From the UHGV virus genome UHGV-0021337: DNA of 64,000 bases, one strand, 5' to 3'. This DNA comes from a virus. The position numbers and the translations under genes are program-made. Position 1 is the first letter of the stretch, and each line of letters opens with the position of its first letter. Positions 16,109 to 25,969 of the stretch are shown here, piece by piece. The notes under the pieces were generated by a model, which was given only the letters and a program-made list of their open reading frames with translations, searched no databases and was not told the DNA's origin.

Positions 16109-17079
16109 AATATACTGTATTACCACAAAAGCCGTTCAAGAAAGCGTTAGATAAGTTGATTGCAAATGGACTTAGCAAACAAGCTCAAGATAGAATAGAA
16201 ATTGCAATTGAACTACTTTCCAACGGTCAGCAACTTCCTCCTTATTACTGCGACCACGCACTTAAAGGTAAGAAGTTCAAAGGTGTAAGAGATTGTCACA
16301 TACAGGGTGACTTAGTTTTAATCTATAAGTACGAACACAAGAAACTACATCTGTTGTTATTAAAGATAGGAAGTCATAATCAAGTGTTCAATGAGTCACT
16401 TGAAACACATAAAGAACTCAATCCGAAACTGTTTGAAAATAACAAGCTAAAACAAGATGTAAGAAAAGCTCTGCTCGACATTGTTGTCACTTTTGTAAAA
16501 GATTTAGAAGAGAATGAAGTACCTTTACACGTTGTTGATGTTTGGTTAATCGGCAGTAACGCTTCTTTTAACTACACCGATAAGAGTGATATAGATTTAC
16601 ATATAATAACAAATAGTTCTGAACTATCCTGTGACCCGGCATTACTTAAAGTAGTTTATAACTATGCTAAAGCAGCGTTTAATCGTAATCACGACATAAC
16701 TATCAAAAATTTACCAGTCGAAGTATATATTCAAGATTGCGAAAGTACTGTTAATAGTAATGGTATTTATAGTGTAATCGACGATTGCTGGGTAAAAGAG
16801 CCTAAGCCTATAACAATTACCTATCCTGATCCGAAAAACCTTGCACAACTGGAGCAACTAGTTGCAACATATAAAGCACTAGACAGAAATGATTTAGATG
16901 CTGTAACTAACCTAATCGACTTAGCTTACAAGATAAGAAAAGAAGGTCAACTCGAGGGCGAATTTAGTGACGGCAATTTATCATTCAAAGAATTTAGAAA
17001 TCTTGGATACTTAGACGACCTAAAAGAATTGAGACTAGAATTAGAGTCAAAAGAGTTAACTTTAGAAAAGTTAAAGTAA
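16105..17079 (+). CDS. fusion of an N-terminal YafQ/RelE-family mRNA-interferase domain and a C-terminal minimal nucleotidyltransferase domain
   Basis: Residues 45-95 are YYCDHALKGKKFKGVRDCHIQGDLVLIYKY...LLLLKIGSHNQVF. They align with the E. coli YafQ catalytic region (DHPLQGSWKGYRDAHVEPDWILIYKL...GTHAALF). The C-terminal half carries the NTase signature LIGSNASFNYTDKSDIDLHII (G[GS]x9-13DxD). Confidence 0.65.
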   Translation: MKYTVLPQKPFKKALDKLIANGLSKQAQDRIEIAIELLSNGQQLPPYYCDHALKGKKFKGVRDCHIQGDLVLIYKYEHKKLHLLLLKIGSHNQVFNESLETHKELNPKLFENNKLKQDVRKALLDIVVTFVKDLEENEVPLHVVDVWLIGSNASFNYTDKSDIDLHIITNSSELSCDPALLKVVYNYAKAAFNRNHDITIKNLPVEVYIQDCESTVNSNGIYSVIDDCWVKEPKPITITYPDPKNLAQLEQLVATYKALDRNDLDAVTNLIDLAYKIRKEGQLEGEFSDGNLSFKEFRNLGYLDDLKELRLELESKELTLEKLK

Positions 17080-17140
17080 CATTTGATTGATTCTACAAAA
17101 TTATTTATAATATAAGTATATAATAAGACGAGGTAGTTTA

Positions 17141-17929
17141 ATGTACTACGAACTTAAATTTAGCTATGATGTAGACACTGTTTATACGCCGGAAGGGGAA
17201 AGTGTCGAAATTACGCGTGAAGATAAACAAGAATGTATTGATGATTTTGTGCATTATTTGACAGAACGTATTAAAGATTTTGAGTTAAATGACACAGACT
17301 TCGATGACGACAATCTATATATAAGATTCTTTTCTGACACAGCTCTAGATGACATAAATATTGACAAAGTAGTATTTGGTACATCTAATAATTATGTAGC
17401 AAGTACAACTAAAGAAATTGAATATGGTGAAGCTCACGACTACAGTTATTATGAAGAGCCTTACTATGACACTAAAGAAGTAGATGTTGAAATGGACATT
17501 TACAATGCCGAATTAACTATTGCGGAAGAATATGACACAGAAAAAGTAGTTGAAGAAAACATAAAAGATGACTGCGGAGATGTAGAAAAAGGAATCGAAG
17601 TTTTCAATACTGCAATGGGAGAGGACATAAATACTGGCACGATAAATGAAGCTGGTTATTGGTCAGGTAGACCTGTTAAATACAAAGTTTACTACAACAT
17701 ACATAATAATCAAGTTCTTGAGGGTGGCAGTAATGATTTAAGAGAAGCCGAACAGTTTGCAAAAGATTGTATCGATAGACTTGCTTCTAATCCTTGGGAA
17801 GATAAACACGATAAAATTGATGCTATCGACAGTGTTATGATATATGACCATTTACAGGAAGAAGATGTTACAACAACTAACATTGAAAAATATGCTGATA
17901 TAGCAGTCAGAGAATTACTAGCAAAATAA
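17141..17929 (+). CDS. hypothetical acidic protein
   Basis: RBS cgaggtag. Confidence 0.5.
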   Translation: MYYELKFSYDVDTVYTPEGESVEITREDKQECIDDFVHYLTERIKDFELNDTDFDDDNLYIRFFSDTALDDINIDKVVFGTSNNYVASTTKEIEYGEAHDYSYYEEPYYDTKEVDVEMDIYNAELTIAEEYDTEKVVEENIKDDCGDVEKGIEVFNTAMGEDINTGTINEAGYWSGRPVKYKVYYNIHNNQVLEGGSNDLREAEQFAKDCIDRLASNPWEDKHDKIDAIDSVMIYDHLQEEDVTTTNIEKYADIAVRELLAK

Positions 17930-17955
17930 CTAACTTCTTTATTTATTATTTGTAA

Positions 17956-17990
17956 AAAGCACTAGCAGAAATGTTAGTGCTTTTTTTATT
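17956..17990 (+). terminator. rho-independent terminator
   Basis: aaaagcactagcagaaatgttagtgcttttttt. Confidence 0.6.
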
Positions 17991-18053
17991 TTATCGGTTC
18001 GCAAGTAGTTTTAAGTTACTAAAATTATTGTAATATATAATGAGAGGTATTAT

Positions 18054-18833
18054 ATGGCTGACGCTAAAATAAAAGTTAAAAGAACTGATACAGAAACTAA
18101 TAGAGCAAATTCTTCAGCTTTACTTGAATATGGTCAACCCTTGTATGTAAAAGACTCAAATCATTTATACGTAGGGGACGGTACTACACAAGCAAAGAAT
18201 TTGAAATACATCAACCAGAAAGAAGTTGAAGATATTAACAATACAATAGGCGGTGTTACTCAAGGTAAAACTGTTGTCGAAATGATTTCTGACACTCAAA
18301 CAGCTGCTGCTCAAGATGCTACTACTAAAGTTAATAGCCTTGCTAATGGTCAAGTAACAACAAATAAAAATGATATAGCAAATATCAAAACCACATTACT
18401 ACCTAATGAAACAAGTGCTCGCGAACAAGCGGACACTGAATTATCTAACAAGATTGATACTACAAAATCGGAATTAGAATCAAAAATAACTGAAGAGACA
18501 CAACGTGCACAAACCGCTGAAAACACATTAAGTAACGACAAGTTAGATAAGAAGACGGGTTATACTGGGGTTTATGTGAACGATGGTGTTGATAATCCTG
18601 TGCTAATTGGATTTAGCTCTGGTGATGACGGAACAACTGAGTTATTAAAAGACACATTTGTACAGCGTTCATCAGCTGGTCAAGGTTCATCAGGAGGGCG
18701 AGTTAGGGCAAATGCAGCAATTGCAGATCACGACTGTATGATAAAAAAGCAATTTCAAGTAACGACTGAAACTGATTACAATGGGCTTCCATCAAAAGAT
18801 GCTAATACGTTCTATTTTATTACTAATGCATAA
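18054..18833 (+). CDS. tail-fibre-like protein with a HylP-type N-terminal motif
   Basis: K.K.KR.TDTE.N...LL..GQPLYV.D...LYVGDGTT. Thr/Asn-rich fibrous body. Confidence 0.5.
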   Translation: MADAKIKVKRTDTETNRANSSALLEYGQPLYVKDSNHLYVGDGTTQAKNLKYINQKEVEDINNTIGGVTQGKTVVEMISDTQTAAAQDATTKVNSLANGQVTTNKNDIANIKTTLLPNETSAREQADTELSNKIDTTKSELESKITEETQRAQTAENTLSNDKLDKKTGYTGVYVNDGVDNPVLIGFSSGDDGTTELLKDTFVQRSSAGQGSSGGRVRANAAIADHDCMIKKQFQVTTETDYNGLPSKDANTFYFITNA

Positions 18834-18853
18834 ATTTGAGGAGAAACTAATAC

Positions 18854-21800
18854 ATGGCTACAAAATTAACAGCCCCCACGTGTTACGATTCAGATAATAG
18901 TGTTATAAAGTTTTCACAAGTCGACCATGCTACATACTATAATATATTAGTTGACGGAGCTACTTATGGTACATATAATCCTCCCTTGACTTCATATACT
19001 ATAGTAGGAAAGTTGACAAATTGTAGTTTTTCTACCGCCCCTCCTAGCTCAATACAAAAGTGGCACAGAGCAGTTGTAAAGATTAAAGCAAACACTAATT
19101 ATAAATTTACAACTTCAACAGTAGTTAAGATAGAAGGTGCTCCTAGTAGTAATTATTTTATTGATTTAGCTACTAATGTTATTACAATAAATGTTATAGA
19201 CCCTGAAAGTAACGTTATAATTACAGCTTCTGCAGTTAGTACAACACCTAAATTAGCTACTCCTAATCTTAATTACATTACTGGCAATCGACTATATGGA
19301 TCTTCAGTTTCTAATGCTACAAGCTACACAATTAAAGCCGGAGATACAGAGATTGGTAGCTCAAGTACACTAAATGATGTAGACCTAACACAATTACTTA
19401 ATTTCAATAAATTAAGCCCTTCAACTAAGTATGAGATACGAGCTAAAGCAACGGCAGTAGGGTACAATGATAGTGATTGGTCTAATCCGCTTAGTTATAC
19501 AACTCCTACAAAGCAACTAGGAACACCTCAGAACTTAACAATAGAAGGCAAACAGCTTAGTTGGAGCAAAGTCTCTTCGACAACTGATGGAGGAACAGTT
19601 CCAAACACAATCGCAATAGATTACAACATCTATGCTAAAACGAGCACTACAGATTATATTAAATTAGGAACTACTAATCGTTTATTTGTTGAGAATATTG
19701 AGACACTAGCTGGTTATAGTAGCTTAACTAAGGAAGAAACTTATCAGATATCTGTAACAGCAAGTTCAACTGCTACAGGATATACTACTAGTGAGCATTC
19801 AAACACTGTTGACTACACAGTTCCAAACTTCCCACAGCTGTCATCTCCTGTTATTCAAGGCACGTCAGAAACTGTACTTTCGTGGTCAGCCGTAACTACA
19901 GACACGGAAGGAAACTCTATTAAACAAGGTACAATAGTAACATACAGTATATCTGTTGATGGAGCAGCAAGAACTACTACAACAAATTTATCAATAGATC
20001 TAGCAAACTTGTCGTTAACAGGAGGCGTAACATACACTATTGGTGTCAGTGCTACAGCTGAGGAGTATCTACCTAGTAGTGCTTCTGAATTTAGTTATAC
20101 AGCGCCTGAACCTCCAACGCCACCTACTCCAGAACCATCTCGTTTTTGGGTATACGGAGGACTCTATAAACTCAAAGACAATTATGCAGAATTCCCGATA
20201 TCGGACAACCAACTAAGCTGTGTACTGAACTGTGTTGTTATTAAGGGAAATGAAATTCAGTATAATCAACAAACATTAAACTCTTGGGTGAATGATGGGG
20301 GCACATTATTCGTTGGCAACATTGATATAGCGTCATCTGATAAGTTATATTTTGGATTTAGCGGACAGGAAATTATTTGTAAAGACAGTTCAGGTCAAGC
20401 ATCAATAAACTCTGCAAAAAGTGTTTACGAATGGTTTGAAAGCAATGTCGAAGAAATTGTTGATATATCAGCTAAGAATTATATTCGTCTTAAAGTTTCT
20501 AGTGTTGACGAATTGCTGGACTCTATACCAAATGAAATGGTGACTACTAATACTAACTATCCTGTTAGGTTAACTTCTTATGCAGGATTTGAAACAACAG
20601 ACGGAAACTTATTCATTGAAGATTATGAACATAATCTAACTAATGTCGAACAGTGGGGCAATCTCGATGGTACGGATATGTCTGACCCTGCTCAACATAT
20701 AGAGTATGTACAACCTGCTATAGACTGTAGTTATCCTACTCTGGGTCTTAGTGATAATCTGCAAACAAAATTTATAGAGATGATGGGATATCAATTAGGA
20801 CTTGAATCTGATGAAACATCAGTTGAGTATCACGATTATGGTCACGAGTTGATACAGTCGTGGTATGAATCAGTAAGTGATACTAATGGTGAAATTTATT
20901 TATTCAAAGACACAGTAGAATTTACAGAGGCAGATAATGTGAGTTATTCTTTTGACGCCGCAGCTCCGTCTGAAATATATACCGCTCTATATGATGCCAA
21001 TGATAAAGTATTACTACCAAGTTTTGAGGCAATGTCAGCTAATAATGTTACTCTATTGTCGAATATTTATTTAGACTCTACAGCTCAAAGTTTACGTATA
21101 TTTCAATTAGACACTGAGACAACTGGGGGTTATAGAACAATACAATACCTTAATGGAGCTTGGGGTTTACGCACTAGTAGTGGTTATTATAGCTCTTATT
21201 CAGTTCCTGTTTATAACAGAGTGGTAGTGTTGTTTAATCAAAAAATACTTGACCCTTTGCCGGAGTGGTTAACAAATTGTACTCAATCAACATATTCAGG
21301 AGTTCAAGAATTCGTTGGACAAATAGAATACACATATGTTCAATCAACTAATTCAGCACGTAGAGCTGTAAGAATGAAATCAAGAGCACGATTAGTTGCA
21401 CTATCAAACGATGCTACTACTGAAAATTGGAAAGTTGATTTATCAATTTATGCTAAGTATACTAACTTAACTCCTGGAGAACACCCATACATCATCACTG
21501 CCTCTTCTATCTATACAGAAGATTATGAAACATCTTCTCCTTCCGAGCAACGAAAATTCAAAAAACTACCAACGTTGACACTTATGATAGGAACACAACG
21601 AGTAAAAGCTATTTATTCTGGAAATAAAGTTGTGAAAGCGATATATCTTGGAGAAACTAAAGTTTATGATGGAGCGTTAAGAATTACTGTTATACCCTAT
21701 TCAAGCTCATCGAATATAGAATTCAATCCGTCTGCTTTAGAGGTCTACACATCGGACCCTGACGCTCCTCTGTGGGTCACAGCATACAAAGATGGAGCCG

Positions 21801-21961
21801 TATACACAGATGTAATATATGAAGGATTTCAGGTTTATCAAGGACCAAATATTGTTACAGACGCTCCTATCGACGTTGTACAAGAAGGTTCTGCGTTTGG
21901 AATAGTCGTAACAGAGATACGTGCTGGTGAGACATACATAGTTAAACTTATAGTCAGCTGA
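18854..21961 (+). CDS. large virion protein (baseplate or tail) with fibronectin-III-like repeats
   Basis: Repeated LSWSKVSS / VLSWSAVTT FN3-type motifs and a PTPPTPEP linker. 1035 aa. Confidence 0.5.
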   Translation: MATKLTAPTCYDSDNSVIKFSQVDHATYYNILVDGATYGTYNPPLTSYTIVGKLTNCSFSTAPPSSIQKWHRAVVKIKANTNYKFTTSTVVKIEGAPSSNYFIDLATNVITINVIDPESNVIITASAVSTTPKLATPNLNYITGNRLYGSSVSNATSYTIKAGDTEIGSSSTLNDVDLTQLLNFNKLSPSTKYEIRAKATAVGYNDSDWSNPLSYTTPTKQLGTPQNLTIEGKQLSWSKVSSTTDGGTVPNTIAIDYNIYAKTSTTDYIKLGTTNRLFVENIETLAGYSSLTKEETYQISVTASSTATGYTTSEHSNTVDYTVPNFPQLSSPVIQGTSETVLSWSAVTTDTEGNSIKQGTIVTYSISVDGAARTTTTNLSIDLANLSLTGGVTYTIGVSATAEEYLPSSASEFSYTAPEPPTPPTPEPSRFWVYGGLYKLKDNYAEFPISDNQLSCVLNCVVIKGNEIQYNQQTLNSWVNDGGTLFVGNIDIASSDKLYFGFSGQEIICKDSSGQASINSAKSVYEWFESNVEEIVDISAKNYIRLKVSSVDELLDSIPNEMVTTNTNYPVRLTSYAGFETTDGNLFIEDYEHNLTNVEQWGNLDGTDMSDPAQHIEYVQPAIDCSYPTLGLSDNLQTKFIEMMGYQLGLESDETSVEYHDYGHELIQSWYESVSDTNGEIYLFKDTVEFTEADNVSYSFDAAAPSEIYTALYDANDKVLLPSFEAMSANNVTLLSNIYLDSTAQSLRIFQLDTETTGGYRTIQYLNGAWGLRTSSGYYSSYSVPVYNRVVVLFNQKILDPLPEWLTNCTQSTYSGVQEFVGQIEYTYVQSTNSARRAVRMKSRARLVALSNDATTENWKVDLSIYAKYTNLTPGEHPYIITASSIYTEDYETSSPSEQRKFKKLPTLTLMIGTQRVKAIYSGNKVVKAIYLGETKVYDGALRITVIPYSSSSNIEFNPSALEVYTSDPDAPLWVTAYKDGAVYTDVIYEGFQVYQGPNIVTDAPIDVVQEGSAFGIVVTEIRAGETYIVKLIVS

Positions 21962-21982
21962 AAATATATTAAGTAACTAATT

Positions 21983-22015
21983 AAGCACAGCCAAACAGCT
22001 GTGCTTTTTATTTTA
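21983..22015 (+). terminator. rho-independent terminator
   Basis: aagcacagccaaacagctgtgctttttatttt. Confidence 0.6.
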
Positions 22016-22129
22016 ATAAAAATTAGATTATACTGATGAAATTACAACATATAAACTAAATTATACTATACAACTTGAATATTTGTATAAAACAATATAT
22101 AATAATAAACGAAGAGGTAATCAATTATT

Positions 22130-23050
22130 ATGTTTGAACTTAGAGACACAATCAGACGCTTAGACGCTGAAACTGATTACAAATATGACCTTGTGGGTAT
22201 GTATGAAGCAACTGAACTAAGCGAGCCTGAAAAGAAACTAATTGCTACTATGATAGCTGACGCTAAAGACACTGAAGAAATTGCAGGGGAGTTATTCAAA
22301 ATCTTTAATACTCAGAATGCAATGAATATGGATGAAGATTGTGATAACACATTGACGGAAGACGTTGAAGAAGAAATTCAAGACGGAGATGAAATAGTTT
22401 ACAATGGTGAACATTTATTCGTAACTAACTCCGACTATATGGATCTTGGCAAATGGCTGTGGGTAACAGATAAAGAAGAAGATAGATATAACAAAAAGGC
22501 TGCAGGCTGGTCACTCGCTAAAGAACTTGTAGATGAAGTTATTGGACAGCCTGAAGATCTAGACGAAGACACAGTTAAACAAGACGGTAAATGGGTCAAC
22601 AAAGGTAAAGAAGGAACTCACGGCGAATTTGCTACAAAGAAAGAAGCTGACGCTCAAAGAAAAGCGATGTTTGCTAACGGCTATAAAGAAGAATTGAAGG
22701 AAGATGTAAATATGACTCGTAAAGAAATGATTGATTGGATAGAAGACAATTGGAACAGTGATACTGAAAGTGCTAACATTTTATATCAAACATTAGATGA
22801 CCTCGGATTCCACATTGAAGATGATTCTGATGAGGAAGAAGGATTTTACGCTAATCTTACTGACGAAGATCTTAAAAGAGCGGTAGATGAATTACACAAA
22901 AAAGAATCGCTTAAGAAGATTAGACAGACCTTAGAAGGTATAGGAACTGTTCATGACTGGAAAGGACGTAGCTACGGATCGGAAGCAGATATATTTGATT
23001 TAAGATTAGAGAATGGAGATACATTTAGAGTTCAAGTTTATAAGATGTAA
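22130..23050 (+). CDS. highly acidic hypothetical protein
   Basis: ORF. Extreme Asp/Glu content. Confidence 0.5.
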   Translation: MFELRDTIRRLDAETDYKYDLVGMYEATELSEPEKKLIATMIADAKDTEEIAGELFKIFNTQNAMNMDEDCDNTLTEDVEEEIQDGDEIVYNGEHLFVTNSDYMDLGKWLWVTDKEEDRYNKKAAGWSLAKELVDEVIGQPEDLDEDTVKQDGKWVNKGKEGTHGEFATKKEADAQRKAMFANGYKEELKEDVNMTRKEMIDWIEDNWNSDTESANILYQTLDDLGFHIEDDSDEEEGFYANLTDEDLKRAVDELHKKESLKKIRQTLEGIGTVHDWKGRSYGSEADIFDLRLENGDTFRVQVYKM

Positions 23051-23065
23051 TAGAGGTAAATTAAA

Positions 23066-24016
23066 ATGAATAAAGAAAGATATAAGAAATTTAAAATAAT
23101 GAATGAATCCTTAGCTTCAAGAGCTGCAGATACAGATAAACTTGAAGAAGCTTTGAATAAATCGCAGCTTGATGAATTACTTAAACTTTGTAAACAAGTA
23201 GGAATTAAAACTCTTGGCGACTTGGAAAGGTTTATGAATGAACAAGGTAAAGGTAAAGAACCTATTGAAGCCTTGAAATACTACTTAGAAAATGAGCTTA
23301 AAGACATCAATTTCCAAGCTAAAGACGAATGTCTGAATGAAGATACTCAAGAAGATGACCAGTTTAATAGAGCTGTAGAAGCAATGAAAACTTATTGGAA
23401 CTATGACATGTCTTTAGAACAGCTTCATAAATTACTTTTGAAAATCTACAATAACGACGCTGAAAAGGCATTTACTGTTTTTGCTACTTACGGTGACGCG
23501 GCTAGAAGAACTAAAAATGAATGCTTAAATGAAGACGTTGCTGATACTTGGGAAGAAGTCGCTGCTAAAACAGTTGAGGATTCAGACGGCTTCTTGACTG
23601 ATTATGTTTGGTATACAAACGGTGATAAACACGTATTTATTTTCGGCGATTCTGATATTTATAGACCTGAAGACGAAGACTTTGATTGGGAAATAGATGT
23701 TGTAGAAGGCAAAGAAGCTGAAGCTTACAAAGAAGCTCAAGACTGGTTTGATTCCTATAACGGGTTTTCTGATGAATTAAATGAAGCTCAAAATATATAT
23801 GACATTCAAGGCCAAGCTGTCCGTGACTCTAAACGCAAAGAAGTTCTAGATGAATTCAAAGACATATTCGGAACTGGTGACAACGGTGAAGTAAACATCG
23901 ATAATGAAGAGACCCTTGAATATGTAAGAGGTTATTTAGAAGATCAGGGATACACAGTTACAGTTTCTGAAAGCTCAAATGCAGAACATCCTATTCATAT
24001 TGAATGGTTCAAATAA
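23066..24016 (+). CDS. highly acidic hypothetical protein
   Basis: ORF. Confidence 0.5.
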   Translation: MNKERYKKFKIMNESLASRAADTDKLEEALNKSQLDELLKLCKQVGIKTLGDLERFMNEQGKGKEPIEALKYYLENELKDINFQAKDECLNEDTQEDDQFNRAVEAMKTYWNYDMSLEQLHKLLLKIYNNDAEKAFTVFATYGDAARRTKNECLNEDVADTWEEVAAKTVEDSDGFLTDYVWYTNGDKHVFIFGDSDIYRPEDEDFDWEIDVVEGKEAEAYKEAQDWFDSYNGFSDELNEAQNIYDIQGQAVRDSKRKEVLDEFKDIFGTGDNGEVNIDNEETLEYVRGYLEDQGYTVTVSESSNAEHPIHIEWFK

Positions 24017-24078
24017 GTATATAATTAAGCAGGGCTTGAAATATAGTCCTGCTTAAAACTATGAAGCGAGGTATTAAA

Positions 24079-24651
24079 ATGATACTAGACGAAGGTTTAT
24101 TCGAGCCTTACGAGGACGATAAGGTAAATATTAACGACAAGGACTTACACCTGTTACAACCGGAAGCACAAGGCGCAACACCTGATATCGACGACAGTAC
24201 AATATATGTATTTGAAGTAGCTCCTGACAGAGAAACTTGTCCTGATACGTACAGAGATGAAACAGCTGCTAGAGAAGCTGCACAAGCCGCTGGCTACAAT
24301 AAGATGTACAAAATTGGTTATACTCTTAAAGACGGAGCTTATGTACCCAGTGGGTATGAACAAGTTATTGAAATCAATATTCCAGTTTTAGAAAGTAAAA
24401 TAAAAGACATTGATATTGAAATTCAAAATGCTGGTGGAAGAGACGCATGGTTACAACAAGCTTACGATACTATCGACGACACTAAAGATTATATTCGTTA
24501 CCTTAATACTTATGCAAGAAGTGAAGTTGGTAGAGGCGGAAATTTCGACAATAATGAAGAGCTTGAAGACACTATTGCTCGTCAACAAGACATTTTAAGT
24601 AATCTAACAGCAAAAATTAAAGTTGTCGAAGATTCTTTTGAAAATAATTAA
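24079..24651 (+). CDS. acidic hypothetical protein
   Basis: RBS gcgaggt before the internal ATG. The track ORF starts at 24061. Confidence 0.45.
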   Translation: MILDEGLFEPYEDDKVNINDKDLHLLQPEAQGATPDIDDSTIYVFEVAPDRETCPDTYRDETAAREAAQAAGYNKMYKIGYTLKDGAYVPSGYEQVIEINIPVLESKIKDIDIEIQNAGGRDAWLQQAYDTIDDTKDYIRYLNTYARSEVGRGGNFDNNEELEDTIARQQDILSNLTAKIKVVEDSFENN

Positions 24652-24718
24652 AAAATCGCTTGACTTTTGAATACAGATACCTTATAATCTATATATCAAG
24701 TTAAGGAAGGTAGTTAAT

Positions 24719-25747
24719 ATGAAATTAGTTAACAATAAAAAATTGATGGAAGCTGTAAACAGCATTGGACTTAGCAACGTTGAAACAACTATTGCCGATA
24801 GTAATGCAGAAGGGATTGTAACTGAAATTGAAATTCCTATCGGTATGGGAGACAATTATGCTACCAGTCAGAAATCTAAAAAGCATTTTATGCAAGTTGT
24901 AGAAGAAAAAGAAAAAGAGGCTGAAGAAGTAGTGCCTGAAAATCCAGGGACAGGTAAAGCTTTAGAAAAGAATATGTATACTAAAAATACACTTGACGAA
25001 AGTCTTTTTGAAGCTATTTCGGATTTGTCTTCTGACAACATTGAACAAAAACCAGGATTTCAAGATTGGCCTGAAGATGAAAAAGAAGCAAAAGCTCTTA
25101 CAAAACAATTTATAGGTAAATGGATAAGCGAACTTGATGATGGCGAATATGATTTATACAACACAGTTTATCAAGACTTAGTTCACAACCCTACTGCAGC
25201 CGGTGGAAATATTCCTGGTCCTAAAGGTTATAGAGCTACTGCAGATATGGAACTTCAAGATATAGACTCACAAGTAACAACGTTTGATGGCGGCATCAAG
25301 GTTAAAGGTAAAGATACAGAAGCTCTTGAAAAAGCAAAAAGAATTGCTATGCGCTATTATGATTATGGTGTATTCTATGAATTGAAAGACTTCTACGATA
25401 GAAATAAATACTATACTAAAGAATTATATATCTTTATCCCTGAAGCTGACGACTATGACGAAACAACTCCTATTAAAAGAACAGGTGTTGAAGAGGTTGA
25501 AGAGTCCGTTAAAAAACCTATTAAAGAAGCAAACGTTATTCAAGACATTGACTTAAATGTTTATGAAAGTAATGAAGATGGTCAAGTTACTCTTGACAGA
25601 ATTAAGGAAGAAGGCAAGATAGCTGACTTTGAAGCACTGCTAGAAGATATGTATCCAAATGGTATAAACGAAGCTACTCTTGATGATTTACTTAAATTTG
25701 AAAGCGATTGGCTCTTCGATATGCTTGGAATAAGTAACGAAGACTAA
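24719..25747 (+). CDS. highly acidic hypothetical protein
   Basis: RBS aaggaaggtag. Confidence 0.5.
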   Translation: MKLVNNKKLMEAVNSIGLSNVETTIADSNAEGIVTEIEIPIGMGDNYATSQKSKKHFMQVVEEKEKEAEEVVPENPGTGKALEKNMYTKNTLDESLFEAISDLSSDNIEQKPGFQDWPEDEKEAKALTKQFIGKWISELDDGEYDLYNTVYQDLVHNPTAAGGNIPGPKGYRATADMELQDIDSQVTTFDGGIKVKGKDTEALEKAKRIAMRYYDYGVFYELKDFYDRNKYYTKELYIFIPEADDYDETTPIKRTGVEEVEESVKKPIKEANVIQDIDLNVYESNEDGQVTLDRIKEEGKIADFEALLEDMYPNGINEATLDDLLKFESDWLFDMLGISNED

Positions 25748-25768
25748 CATAGCTTGGAGGTTTGGTTA

Positions 25769-25969
25769 ATGAAAGACTACTTGAAAGAACACGTTTTAAC
25801 AGAAGCTGAACAAAAAGCGCTATATGACGCTACTAAACAGCTTGACGATGCTGTAGATAACTTTTCGTTTGAGATACGGGGCTATGTTGATGAAGAAGGC
25901 AGGACGTGCGTCCCTGCAGAAGATTTTTATGATTCTGATTGGCCTGTTATTGAAGAGGATAACCTGTGA
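25769..25969 (+). CDS. small acidic protein
   Basis: RBS ggagg 8 nt upstream. Confidence 0.4.
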   Translation: MKDYLKEHVLTEAEQKALYDATKQLDDAVDNFSFEIRGYVDEEGRTCVPAEDFYDSDWPVIEEDNL

